Made by a program: the position numbers and the translations under genes | Notes under the pieces: generated by a model | The model's input: the letters and a program-made list of their open reading frames with translations, nothing else | Told to the model about the DNA's origin: nothing | Databases searched by the model: none | IMG/VR virus record: IMGVR_UViG_3300028045_000007 | Span: 32,001-96,000 of that record | From: a virus | Reading direction: 5' to 3' (one strand) | DNA: 64,000 nucleotides | Part shown: in pieces, positions 37,701-47,800 of the stretch | Position numbering within the stretch: position 1 is the first letter of the stretch | Layout of the letters: each line of letters starts with the position of its first letter

Positions 37701-39921
37701 GTTTGAGACTGAAGCACAGGCGGCACAAAACGCTTTTGAGTCTACACGTAGGTTTTCTGCTGAGCTAGAAAAGTTTGGTGACGCCGTTACAACCGACGTG
37801 TTGTCCCAGTTCCAGAACATTGGACTTGGTGACGTTGAGGATGTTCTTGCCGGTACTTCAGACCTTAGTGGTGCTCTTCAACAAATGATCATAAATGCGT
37901 TTGATCCTATCTCGCAGGCCGAGCAGGATCTAGCCAACGTGACAGCTACCACCCAAGCCGAACTTGATATTTTAGCAAAGCGGTTAGGTATTGTTACTCA
38001 AAAGTTGTCCGACGAAGCAAACGCGGCAAACGCCGCATCGTTGACTGCCCAAAAACATGCCATCACGCTTGATATAGAGAAAACTATTCAATCTGGTGCA
38101 ATCAGTGCCACAGAAGCCAAGATCAAAATATTAGAATCCGAGAAGGACGCAGCAGAAGATGCCGCCGAAGCCGAGAAAAAGCGTTTTGAGTTACTCGAAA
38201 AGCTAGCGGAAGCCTCTCGCGATTTCGAAAACGAGCTACGAGATGTACGCGATGGGTTTGAAGAATTTAGTAAAGACAAGATCGCAGATCTACTCAAAAA
38301 AGAGACAGATGTTCGCAGCGAATTAAAGGACGCTCAAAAAGATGTTTTAAGTAGTACTACTGAACTTGCCGATGCGTACAATGCCCTTGGCAAAGCTCAA
38401 TTGGAGTTCAATGGGGCCATTGCTGAGGCACAGCTAAAGAGCAATCTACTAGCACGCGACATTGCTACACTGACTGGTGGTCTTGTAACATTTCAAAGCA
38501 AGCTATCTTCACTCAACAACGCTTATCGTGACGTACTAGGTAACTCTAACATCACGCTACAGAAGCGTATTGAGCTTGAGCGTCAACTTGCCGACGAGAC
38601 CTTGGCGTTCTTGCAGCAGGCAAGTAGTGAAATTACTCAAGCTGGTATTGGTATCTTTGGTCAGTCCAGTCAAGAGAACCAAGCACTCGGCCAGGGAATT
38701 GCTGGATTACAACATGTTGCCGACCAGTTAGGTGGTTCGTTCGAAGGGTTCTTGAATATGTCATCTGGAGACTTCTCTGCTGTTAGCGAAACGTTACTGG
38801 GGCTACCGACAGAATTCCGTCAGCAAATGCTTAGTGCGTTATCATCTCTGCCAAGCACCATGAATATTGGAGGATTCAATGTTGATCAATTGACACAGGC
38901 TCTCGGTCAGGTTGGTGCCGGTGTTGCACCTGACGCTGGCTTGCCGTCCATCGAAGAATTGAATGGACAGCAGGTTGAGCAGTTGACCAAGCTTCAAGAG
39001 CTTGCTTTGCAAGATGCTCAACTACAGTTTAGTCAAGTGATTGCTGCCCAACAACAAGTTGCTGCCGCACAAGAGGCCGCCGATGCTGCTCAGATTCTAC
39101 AAGAGCGTGCCAAAGAAAATCTTGTTGCGGTTCGTGATGCTGTACTAGAAGAGAAGGCAGTCCTTGATTTTGCTAATGAACAGCGTAATGAGCTACTTAA
39201 TGCCGTGATTGCTGCCGACGACAAGAACACGCTCCTCATGATTGAGAGAGAGGCTCAGGCGTTTGCGGATCAAAATGCCGCCTTTAGTAAAATCGGAGAC
39301 AATATTGTTACGGGTATTGCTAGTGCCATTGGTTCTAGATTGGCTGTTCTAAATGTTGCCGCACAGTCGAAGGGATATATCCCCAACTTCAGTAGTGGCA
39401 ACTTGAGTCCTGGCGAAGCAGCCGGTGTGCTTCGTGCAGCTTCTCGTGAGAAGCGAGCTATGCCCCCCGGAGCCGGTCTTGCGGTAGCTAATACTAGTGA
39501 AGCCATTATCCCCATGCGTAGCACTGGTTTTATTCCCAACTTCCAAAAAGGTAATGTCTCTGGCGACAGCAATACATCCGAGCTATTGGCCGAAGTCGTC
39601 CGTCAATTAAACGAACTCAACGATACGTCTGATGTGATCAGTTCTAGTAATACTCAAATTCAAAGCAACACTACGGGTGATGCTAAGGATGGAGCCGCTG
39701 GTGGTTCTCAGGATGTTACTATCACCTTACAGACAAACCAGAACAATACCGTTTCTATTACGGGACTTGAGTCGTTACGTGAAGAGATTGCTACAGTTGT
39801 GAGGGGAGCCGCAACCGAACAAGTGGATAAACAACTGGAAGCACTACTGGAAGAGCTAGATAGTGTTATCGTTGCTCTACAAGAGCGTGGTCTATTGAGT
39901 TCGTTTGGTCAACCGAGGTAA
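34738..39921 (+). CDS. tape measure protein
   Basis: 1727 aa, Ala/Leu-rich helical; TP901-type core (SGREIGTFLKTI..R, LESLGVTV..DGSLR, IAGIRQ). Confidence 0.92.
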   Translation: MGKVQLEAVLKLVDVQINPQVFQKISQSVAGMPPALGKSSDALKKTGVHADTLNKKLRGTKEVINANERAARLFLRRMAQFAILLPTFATLNRAIQGGVKFLFDFDSALRDIVRIDIGNLKDRMEEVGDAALATAVKYGVTGTEVLRATRIFKQAGFTIEESQAKAEAAILATQISTLTSAQATEVFIAAQKQFGAEGQNSISVLDKLAKVEDLAAVNASDVADAFRTGGNALAEFSKSIDDSVGIIAALREQSRKSGREIGTFLKTIQTRMFAAGEARSSLESLGVTVENLDGSLRPTLSVLDDLKDKFDGLTQAQRTNAAKSIAGIRQFESLLAVLNSLERANELSAASSRAAGTADEKRVITDAKLERQVGKLIAQGQAFAEAMGDAGLEDTLASALKMAERLLLVFTSFSNVLSDIGGSIVPLLALSGITLGRSVFGLGGGGKPGGKPGDATKGNVQKPGLDKNFIGPLNKTQSQIASFGTQMKRAGSIVADSTKITAMRVAQGRQLVTIGSTEITGVKARAAAHKQLTAAIKQNISAIKASSAARTAQGGGLKGALGGAAGTALFTLGGATIPALFESIAKRLRSFDNNIANLGAETLDASSSTLSMAAQFAVLGGKASAIAGAVGAVSNAMPKILNAIDDEFVARKELKNTIKNQQKEEGIAAKLGSRSQAGTAVASKLFGSFSAAAERAGTEGGQALHRELQAAFEEIGKDFGTTGQDFAKTFLTPVTNELGGIVDSNAIGIDTLKQLKTEISDASGLTGIDIAIVAHKELLKSIAEENGTLKEYDRLIKGVSDGTLRSNESLSSMLDVLGKGTIKFNEFTLGATSVNKSLSELGKISKLQGAIDSFRTLGLELDLAKLGPEALADSVVRMQQELLLSEREFGNTSKRLGKDIDDLTGHISELGIFSKGAELFQAAQEGLDSMDSSEIAAFNQFMKEQPPAVRETIAELLKLREQQRQAELDFQNQQNALQGEMIARRKAMFETEAQAAQNAFESTRRFSAELEKFGDAVTTDVLSQFQNIGLGDVEDVLAGTSDLSGALQQMIINAFDPISQAEQDLANVTATTQAELDILAKRLGIVTQKLSDEANAANAASLTAQKHAITLDIEKTIQSGAISATEAKIKILESEKDAAEDAAEAEKKRFELLEKLAEASRDFENELRDVRDGFEEFSKDKIADLLKKETDVRSELKDAQKDVLSSTTELADAYNALGKAQLEFNGAIAEAQLKSNLLARDIATLTGGLVTFQSKLSSLNNAYRDVLGNSNITLQKRIELERQLADETLAFLQQASSEITQAGIGIFGQSSQENQALGQGIAGLQHVADQLGGSFEGFLNMSSGDFSAVSETLLGLPTEFRQQMLSALSSLPSTMNIGGFNVDQLTQALGQVGAGVAPDAGLPSIEELNGQQVEQLTKLQELALQDAQLQFSQVIAAQQQVAAAQEAADAAQILQERAKENLVAVRDAVLEEKAVLDFANEQRNELLNAVIAADDKNTLLMIEREAQAFADQNAAFSKIGDNIVTGIASAIGSRLAVLNVAAQSKGYIPNFSSGNLSPGEAAGVLRAASREKRAMPPGAGLAVANTSEAIIPMRSTGFIPNFQKGNVSGDSNTSELLAEVVRQLNELNDTSDVISSSNTQIQSNTTGDAKDGAAGGSQDVTITLQTNQNNTVSITGLESLREEIATVVRGAATEQVDKQLEALLEELDSVIVALQERGLLSSFGQPR

Positions 39922-39924
39922 GCC

Positions 39925-41433
39925 ATGAGTGACGTACTATCAGAAGTTCCGGATCCGCCGCTGGCAACCGTTGAAGTATATTATAACGGTTATAAGCTGA
40001 CGCCAGCACCGCTTATCGACTGGACTGTAGAATCACAGTTTGATGATGGAGGTGTACGAACAGCGGACCTCAACCGAATTGTCTTAACGGGCACTGTTCT
40101 TATTACTCCTACTGGCAGCTACGAACAAATGTTTGAGAAGCAAACAGAGCTTCGTAATTTGTTTGCTACAGACAATGGAGACTTCGCAGTTCTTGCCGGT
40201 CCTGGCAATGCGACCCTCGGTGAAGGCGTTGTGATTTGCTCTGGTTTACAGCCAAGAGTAACGAGCGTCAATGTTCCTGCTGACACACAGTTTACACGTA
40301 TCGATTACACTGTCGAGCTTGAGGATGCTGTCGCTGCCAGTGGCGTGAGTGGCGTTATTTCAAGCCTGAGTGATCAATGGTCATTCCGTGAGGATGCCGA
40401 GACTTGTACCGTCCAGGTAACGCACCAAGTGAATGCTGCTGGTATCGACAGCGAAGCAGACAAATTCGATCAGGCGTTTCGTGCGGTACGAGATCGTTTA
40501 GGTATTCATAAACTACCTATTCAAATTCCATACTTTGTTCAACCGAATGCCTCTGGTCTATTTGGCATTACTCATCCATCAAATCCTGCCGGTGGACCAA
40601 TATATGAGGTATCAGTTAGACGAGAAGAGGTGGCAGATGTACCAAATGGCACGTATCAAGCTACAGAGATTTTCGTTCTTGTTAGCGGTGTGCCATACTA
40701 CTTCACGCAGCGTACCGAAGCATATTCAGAGGACGCCAATGGTATAGCCACGGTGACGTTAGCGGGCTCTGTACAGGGGTTAGGTAGAACGATTACGATT
40801 GATGAAGCCCGTGGGGGCGATGGCTTTAGTCGTGCTTCTACCGGCTTTGTAGATACCATTAAACCTCAACTGCCGTGGGACGCTTCTGGCGTATATCAAA
40901 AATTCAAGGATGGTGCTGTTTCTAGTGGCCTTGCGATCTTTGCTCCAACATCGTTCTCGCTCACAGAGAATAGGTGTCAAGGAGTCATTGATTTTTCAGT
41001 TACGTATACGGACGATCCAACCTCACATCTGCCGAGCGGTATTGCCACTAGTTCTTGTGGCGTCTCGATAGTCAATGGCATTCGTCTGTACGCTAGCCAC
41101 GTGATTCCATTGAGGCGTATCGGCAATATTGTACAAGACGTTGGCACAACAACAGAGGGTACGGTTTCAATCCAGTGTCAAGCACAGGCAAAGAACACTG
41201 GTAGTTCTAGCGTTGACACCAATCGTGTCATTCAGTACGTACAAGACGAGATCAACCGACTAAAGGGTATCTATGCCAATTCTGTAAACTACTTGGATCT
41301 ACGTATTTCGAACTTTACGGAACAGTTTAGCGAGAGAGACCGTACCAGCCAAGCCTCCCTTGAATACACGTTCGTGACAGACTTGGCAAGCGTACCAAGC
41401 GTGGATTCTGACATCGCACTGAGGACGCTATAA
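39925..41433 (+). CDS. putative distal tail/baseplate protein
   Basis: First gene after the tape measure, beta-rich. Confidence 0.55.
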   Translation: MSDVLSEVPDPPLATVEVYYNGYKLTPAPLIDWTVESQFDDGGVRTADLNRIVLTGTVLITPTGSYEQMFEKQTELRNLFATDNGDFAVLAGPGNATLGEGVVICSGLQPRVTSVNVPADTQFTRIDYTVELEDAVAASGVSGVISSLSDQWSFREDAETCTVQVTHQVNAAGIDSEADKFDQAFRAVRDRLGIHKLPIQIPYFVQPNASGLFGITHPSNPAGGPIYEVSVRREEVADVPNGTYQATEIFVLVSGVPYYFTQRTEAYSEDANGIATVTLAGSVQGLGRTITIDEARGGDGFSRASTGFVDTIKPQLPWDASGVYQKFKDGAVSSGLAIFAPTSFSLTENRCQGVIDFSVTYTDDPTSHLPSGIATSSCGVSIVNGIRLYASHVIPLRRIGNIVQDVGTTTEGTVSIQCQAQAKNTGSSSVDTNRVIQYVQDEINRLKGIYANSVNYLDLRISNFTEQFSERDRTSQASLEYTFVTDLASVPSVDSDIALRTL

Positions 41434-41993
41434 TGGTTCAGTTCCCTGAAATACAGTGGATTCAGCAAGATCCAACAATCGACCCATCTGGGTTCCGTGA
41501 TGCGGCCAGCGTACCCGCTGGTTTCTTGAAGGTGCTAAGTACCAGTGCCGGTGGCGTGCTCGACTATGGTCAGCTCAACACAACCGGCTCCGGTGCCATC
41601 ACTACAACCTATCTAGCGTATGCTCGTATCAGCGACATTGCAGATGCCAGCGGCGTATTCAATATGCGTTTGTTCCTAACCAACACTGATGCCTGGGGTG
41701 CTGGCACCTTCCGTTTCCTAGAACAGAAACAATTGCACTTTGTTCCTAGTGTTTCTCTTGACTCCTCGGCAGCAAACACACCAACGGTAGTGCCTGTGTC
41801 TACTAACTTCCTGGGTACGATTAGCGAGCCAGCTTGGCCAGATGGCCAGCCGTGGATGAGTGGTATCCTAGACAACGACGCTAGTCAGTACGTGTACTGT
41901 GCTATTGAGGTTGGCGTTGATGTGCCAGTTGGTACATACGGAGGAGCCGGTGCTGGCACATTCCGATACAGACTACTATACGACTTCTCATGA
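41433..41993 (+). CDS. putative minor tail protein
   Basis: Paralogous to 42794..43477. Confidence 0.6.
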   Translation: MVQFPEIQWIQQDPTIDPSGFRDAASVPAGFLKVLSTSAGGVLDYGQLNTTGSGAITTTYLAYARISDIADASGVFNMRLFLTNTDAWGAGTFRFLEQKQLHFVPSVSLDSSAANTPTVVPVSTNFLGTISEPAWPDGQPWMSGILDNDASQYVYCAIEVGVDVPVGTYGGAGAGTFRYRLLYDFS

Positions 41994-42619
41994 GCGATCT
42001 CGGTCCCCAGTATAACGAGAGGTCGATTCTCGCTAAGTTTTTCAACCATCAAAGACATGGCTTTTTGATAGAGGTGGGTGCCGCTGATGGTATCACACAT
42101 TCGCATACCGCGTTTATGTTTGACGAGTGGGAATGGCGTGGCGTGTTGATTGAACCACATCCAGAATTTTTCTCTGCACTACAGGCACGTTACGAAAACA
42201 ATCCAGATGTACTAACGCTCAACGGAGGCATTCGTGAAGTTCCGGGCAAGCACAGATTCTACATGAATGGGCAAATCTCTCGTTTTCTAGATGATCAAAA
42301 GATAGGTGAGGGATTTAGTAAGGTCCCCGGGTACGAGGGCCGTATAGATGTAGAGTGTACTACACTGACAGACGTGTGTGAATCATTAGGAGTACCTCGG
42401 GAGTTTGATTTCCTTACTGTAGATGCTGAGGAGACAGACATAGAGGTCTTGAGCACGCTAGACTGGGAGCGTTGGCAACCACGCTTGGTATGTATTGAGC
42501 ACAGCATGCCATTACCTGTCATGAATGGATTTTTCAGTGAAAGGTCGTATGTGCAGCTTGAAAGAAACACCGGCAACACATTCTTTCATCGTATTGAAGC
42601 GAAGGTGGAAGACTTATGA
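41990..42619 (+). CDS. FkbM-family methyltransferase (second copy)
   Basis: IEVGAADG..SHT, WRGVLIEP, DFLTVDAEETD, PRLVCIEH. Confidence 0.9.
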   Translation: MSDLGPQYNERSILAKFFNHQRHGFLIEVGAADGITHSHTAFMFDEWEWRGVLIEPHPEFFSALQARYENNPDVLTLNGGIREVPGKHRFYMNGQISRFLDDQKIGEGFSKVPGYEGRIDVECTTLTDVCESLGVPREFDFLTVDAEETDIEVLSTLDWERWQPRLVCIEHSMPLPVMNGFFSERSYVQLERNTGNTFFHRIEAKVEDL

Positions 42620-42804
42620 ATACTGACCACGAAAACATTGAGCTACGCAAGATCGGCGAGCCCGAGCCTGACTCTCTACCCAGGGGTATCAAGCTCATAA
42701 TAGTAGATAGGCACACGGTCTTTGTACGTCGTGTTCTTGGACGTTTCATACCGGTAACAGAATCAGAACAGGAGGAGCTTCACAGGAAGCATATTGTATC
42801 ATGA
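42616..42804 (+). CDS. hypothetical protein
   Basis: 62-aa coupled ORF. Confidence 0.5.
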   Translation: MNTDHENIELRKIGEPEPDSLPRGIKLIIVDRHTVFVRRVLGRFIPVTESEQEELHRKHIVS

Positions 42805-43477
42805 ATCAACTGGAGCTATTACAATGCCTGCTGGCGACTTCCCCATAGTACGTATCTTTGAGTGGGATACAACAGAGGTAGCGTCCCCGGTCGGTGACCG
42901 TACGACGCCCGGGGGAACGTTTGCCTTCAAACAAATGGTATCGCTGGGCTGTGCGAGTGCTGACCCTCTTGACCCGGCAACATCCGGAACGCTGGTATTC
43001 CCTGGTACGCAGTTTGACCACACGTCATCGCCCTATGCTTCAGAGTTAGCGTCAACGCCCGTAGCCATCACATTCAATATCGCAGTGAGCGGTACGGCTA
43101 TTTCTGACATTAAACTATATCTCATAGATGATTCTGCTTTTCAAGCGAGTGTAGACGAGGGGCTCGATAGAGCCTTCATGCAGTATGCTCCTAGCGGATC
43201 AATTTGGAAATCGAACTTCACACTACCGTCTGGGTCTATAGAGCGTATTCCCACTACAGTACCAAGCGTACAAAACATCAGGCGTCAAGATGGTTCTAAC
43301 GCACTCGTTGGTACTGATGACACCAATTCGTCCGAATTCGTATATCTGAATATTGTGGTGCCTCTTGGGGCACCCCTGGGGACATTTGGAGTGTGTGGTT
43401 CTGGGTTATTGAGGCTTGGATTAGTTTTTAATTTTTGGAACAACGATTTTATTCTGGAGTTTGGAGATGTCGGATAA
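42794..43477 (+). CDS. putative minor tail protein
   Basis: FP...PT.VP..N...D...S..VY..I.V....P.GT.G..G.G shared with 41433..41993; start may be the ATG at 42824. Confidence 0.6.
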   Translation: MYHESTGAITMPAGDFPIVRIFEWDTTEVASPVGDRTTPGGTFAFKQMVSLGCASADPLDPATSGTLVFPGTQFDHTSSPYASELASTPVAITFNIAVSGTAISDIKLYLIDDSAFQASVDEGLDRAFMQYAPSGSIWKSNFTLPSGSIERIPTTVPSVQNIRRQDGSNALVGTDDTNSSEFVYLNIVVPLGAPLGTFGVCGSGLLRLGLVFNFWNNDFILEFGDVG

Positions 43478-44000
43478 AACCTGTACTAAGTGTCAAACCT
43501 CTAAAATATATGACGACTTCCACAGGGATCGCACCCGTAAAGATGGATACTTTCCCCAATGTAAGACATGCACGAGGCTTTATCGTCAAAGTGAACACGG
43601 GGCAAGGTTACACCGAGAAGGAAACCTACGTTTTCAACAAACACCAAAAGGTAAAGCGTGTCTTCGTAGGGCACAAAGCAAGTATCAACAGTCACCTAAA
43701 GGCAGACTGATGTATCAACAGGCGGCCAGACGACGATTAGCACGTATTGCTGATGCTGACATGTCGCTTACCGATGATGACATACGCCGTGTTCACGAGA
43801 AGTTTAATCATAAATGCTTCAATTGCGGCAATACAGAACGTCTAGAGATTGATCACCATTATCCTTTGTCTATGGGATTTGGCCTTACTGAAGACAACGC
43901 AGTGCTGTTGTGTAGGTCTTGCAATGCGTCCAAAGGAAACAGGATGCCAGAGGATTTTTACCCCGAAGAGAAACTTAGAGTGCTGGTTAGTGTAATATAA
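43467..44000 (+). CDS. HNH endonuclease (free-standing, homing-type)
   Basis: N-terminal CTKC..CKTC zinc finger; CFNC...IDHHYP..G...N...LCRSCNASK. Confidence 0.9.
   Translation: MSDKTCTKCQTSKIYDDFHRDRTRKDGYFPQCKTCTRLYRQSEHGARLHREGNLRFQQTPKGKACLRRAQSKYQQSPKGRLMYQQAARRRLARIADADMSLTDDDIRRVHEKFNHKCFNCGNTERLEIDHHYPLSMGFGLTEDNAVLLCRSCNASKGNRMPEDFYPEEKLRVLVSVI
43987..43997 (+). promoter_or_regulatory. putative late promoter (TTAGTGTA)
   Basis: TTAGTGTAATATAACGT; nearly identical to the copy at 55158. Confidence 0.65.
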
Positions 44001-44052
44001 CGTGAGACCTATTAGGTCTTTCGAACGTTCGATAACCGTTAGGAGGTAAGCT

Positions 44053-44238
44053 ATGGCAACTTTCAATGCAGCTAGTAGCACCAATAACGCCAACTCTGTC
44101 CTGTACAGCTACAGCACCCGCATGGTATGGCACACTGACCGCAAGGTTTCAGGTGCGGCCCGTGGAGCTGAAGTTCAGTCTGTTGACAACCTGGGCGTAG
44201 GTGTTGCAACTGGTGATCCGTTCACCAACATGACCTAA
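44053..44238 (+). CDS. small protein in its own transcription unit, putative virion protein
   Basis: AGGAGGT RBS, own promoter motif and downstream hairpin. Confidence 0.7.
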   Translation: MATFNAASSTNNANSVLYSYSTRMVWHTDRKVSGAARGAEVQSVDNLGVGVATGDPFTNMT

Positions 44239-44259
44239 GTAAAACTAGGTTGATAATCC

Positions 44260-44305
44260 AAGGCCGGGGGTTCCTATGGAACCCCCGGCCTTAGTGTATT
44301 TATAT
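44260..44305 (+). terminator. 15-bp hairpin terminator overlapping a late promoter motif
   Basis: AAGGCCGGGGGTTCC-TAT-GGAACCCCCGGCCTT, with TTAGTGTATTTATAT at 44291. Confidence 0.8.
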
Positions 44306-44807
44306 GCGAGGCGTAGCCGAGTGGTTTAGTCTCCGGAGCAAGGATATGGTTAAAGCTACCTTTGAACACGAGGGCAATTCTGGCCTTCTAGCGATCGTTA
44401 CACACTTCGGTCGCACAGTCGAGATCCAATGCGAGAAGCAAACGGACGAGAGTTTTCGTATGGGTGGAACGGCTGTCAACGAAGTTGTTGTATATGAGGG
44501 ACTCATCATGAAGTTCCCCACGCAGTTCCGAGCTTTCCGTACTCCAGACGACTATTTCGAGGAAACCGGCATCCTGTCAGACGAAGAATGGACAGAGGCC
44601 AACCGTCATTGCTATGTCACTGAGTACTACTCAATCGACATGGAAGGTAAGAGACCTGGCTGGTTCATCAGTCACGAGCCCATCAAAGACGCGAACTACT
44701 TGTTTGTGAATCTGGACGTGTTAGATGGCGGTGGTAACGTTATCAAGAGATATCGTGTCTCTCCTTTTACGGGCGAGTATAGAGTAATGGAGTACATAAA
44801 TGGCTGA
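44304..44807 (+). CDS. hypothetical protein
   Basis: 167 aa; alternative start at 44346 with AAGGA RBS. Confidence 0.65.
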   Translation: MRGVAEWFSLRSKDMVKATFEHEGNSGLLAIVTHFGRTVEIQCEKQTDESFRMGGTAVNEVVVYEGLIMKFPTQFRAFRTPDDYFEETGILSDEEWTEANRHCYVTEYYSIDMEGKRPGWFISHEPIKDANYLFVNLDVLDGGGNVIKRYRVSPFTGEYRVMEYING

Positions 44808-47800
44808 CTTGATCAATGATGGTTCGTTGGTAGGTTTCTGGCCCCTACTAGAGCCAAGTGGAGCGTTTGTTTACAAGAATTACTCACCCGCGTATGGTAA
44901 GCACCCGAGTGGTATTTCGTTTGATATGCACGTTGCCGTTGCAGACCTTCAATACGATGAAGAGCATAGTTCATATTGGCCCGGTGGTACAGAATTTACC
45001 AATATTTCGTCTGGCAACTTGATACGCGGGTATTGCGTCCAGGGACACTGGAAACTAAAAAGCACTGGATCTCCGCCACTGTCTAAATATTTGACGCTTG
45101 GGTGTGGGGGTAAAACACAAGTACAGCAATGTCTGGCTCCCGCAGTTGCCCAGAGCGGCTTTACTGTTGGTGCTTGGCTGTACCCAAACTCTCAGGGATT
45201 TTTGGAGGCATATACTGAGTCTGCCAGCATTGGCAGTGCGGCTAATGATTGGAATACAATGAACGCTCGTGCCCACACTATGTTGGGGCAGTTCAGAGCA
45301 TATACCGGCAATTCCGGTTGGCTGATGGGTATTTCTGGTAATCCAGCTCGTAGCACTCAGTTCAATTTTGAACCCGAAGCTGGCGATACTTTGCAGGCGT
45401 TTGTTTCTATGGAGAAGGCAAATGCTGCGGTGAGTACTGGGTTTTTGGAGACCCCCATTGAATCCGGTTGCTATACGCATATTGCTTTTAGTTATCGCTA
45501 TGTAGATGGCACCAACAATGAGATCGTACTATATAAAAATGGTCGTGTCACCGCCAGTGGAACCACCACTGACGATTTGACGTTGGATAATACCAATCTA
45601 ACGGGTGCTAGCAATCATCGCCCCTTTGCTATTGGTGCCACCGATTCAGAAACCGCAACGAACTACACTCCGTATTATTACAGGACTGGTGGATGGGGCA
45701 ATCTCATGTCTGGTGTCTACTATTTCCGTCGCGTGTTGCATGAAGGGGAGCTGCAAGAAATGCATGAACGTGGCGGACTTGTCGCCCATGATTCTGCTCT
45801 TGCACCCTCACAAGAAGTACTTCTCTCCGATCCAGACCTAGTAGCGTACCACACATTTACAGAGCCGGGCTTCGGTGACATTTCTAACAATCATAGTCCA
45901 CTCGTAGGCGTTCATGATATGGGCTATAGGGGGGCAGGAAAGCTACAAGTACCCGGTCCATATGGCGAAGGTATGACATATGGCGATGGAGCAAGTACCT
46001 ATGGATATTTGGCCGCTTCTAGTGGCACATGTCTTGATGCACTAAGTCAAGGTAGTTGGACCATTAGTTTTCTTGTAGCTCCACCTCACGCAGCCAGTCG
46101 CAGCAATAACATATTTTGTTCATGGGGCTCTGTTACAACCTCAACGTCGGCGACCGCCATGCCAGCGGCTACACCTCTCACGAATCCAACTGCTGGACTT
46201 TGTTTCAGTGTTAGTGGTGTTGCCACTAGGCAGGTTTGCATCATTGAAGTTTATTCGACTGGCGATGTTGAAGATACGGACAATATTTTAGTCTTTAGTT
46301 TAGATAGCACATTGGACTATTTCCATGGTGCCTGTACACATATTGCTCTTGCTTATGACGACAGCACCAAGGGCATTGCCGCGTATGCTGATGGCGTACA
46401 GTGCGGAAGTGGTACCTTTACGAACTCCCTCACCGATCAACTATTGTCAGTGACCAGCAAGGGCTTTCCACTTATGTGGACCAATGGCATAAAAGACGAT
46501 TTGACCACCAGCTATCGCGGCGTACATGCGACCAGTTTTCAAGACGGTGACTTGGGGTCGATTGTTGTTTGTAAGCGAGCACTGTTGCCAGCGGAGATAC
46601 GCGGCATTGCACTTAGCGGCATCAATTACACAAGTCTATATCGCACACGCCATGATCCTCGCATAGTTGGGTATTGGCCAGCAAGCGACTTTAATATTGA
46701 TGATATTTTAGTAGAAGACGAAGCACGTTGTTGGGGTGAACTAGACGGTCACTTGGTACGTGGTGACAGTGATCCCCGTAACGATCAATGGTATTTGTTC
46801 AATCGTCAAAATGATGGTACCGTGCGATACAATCAGTTTGGTAGCCGTGATTTGCCGCCCGAACTAGCAAGCTACGGTAATCTTGGTATAACGTCTGGTA
46901 CATTTTCTCCACGCGGTGCCGGGGGAGGCACAGTAAATCTTGCTGACGCCGTAGACAATCGATCATCTATTACTAACTTGACTTCAAGATATAAGCCATA
47001 TTTTGAAGAAAGCGATGACATGCCACAAAATGTTGGTGCTGATTATTTGTTGTCATACGAAGTCACTCCGAGTGGAGATATTCCCAAGACACTTGGTGCT
47101 TATGCTAGTACTCTTACTGCACCAATGCATAACTCTCTCTTGCATGAGTATGCTTATGATGGTAACAAAGATCAACGTTCATTCTTAACAACCGAGCTTG
47201 CAGAGCAGGGGTCTGGCGTAACATTGGTGTGGGTTGGATATTCGGACGTGCCGCTAGTATCTGGCAATCTCGCATATGGAGTACCCAGTCGTGTAGTACT
47301 CCATACACGATTCACATTACCTCAAAACGTTGATGGATTTTCTGCTGGTACCACACCTCTCGATATCAGTTTATGGATCAATGGCGAACTGATACAGCGT
47401 CGCCCCTCAACTTCAATCGATGCTAAGATATGGAGCGACCAAGCCCCTGATGGTTCTGCCGATGCAGACATATTGCATTTTGGTGGCATTGCTGGCAAAC
47501 CATCCTATATTTCTTTGTATACCACGTCTGATTCTGGACTAGGAGAAATCTATCTTCGTAACATGTTCATTATGAAGGGGATCTTCTTAAGCGGCGAGGT
47601 TGAAGCTTTAGCAGCTAGTGGCATTCAATCCCCCGCGATTGGTGGATTTACAGATTCTCAGTCAAAAACCCAAGTAACAATTGCTGACTCGAATTTAGTC
47701 GGATACTATAGATTCAATGGATTCGCGGGTGGTGGATCTGGCACGACAGACTTAAGTTCCAATGGTAATCATTTGTTTGGAGCCCAACAAAGCCTCGTTG

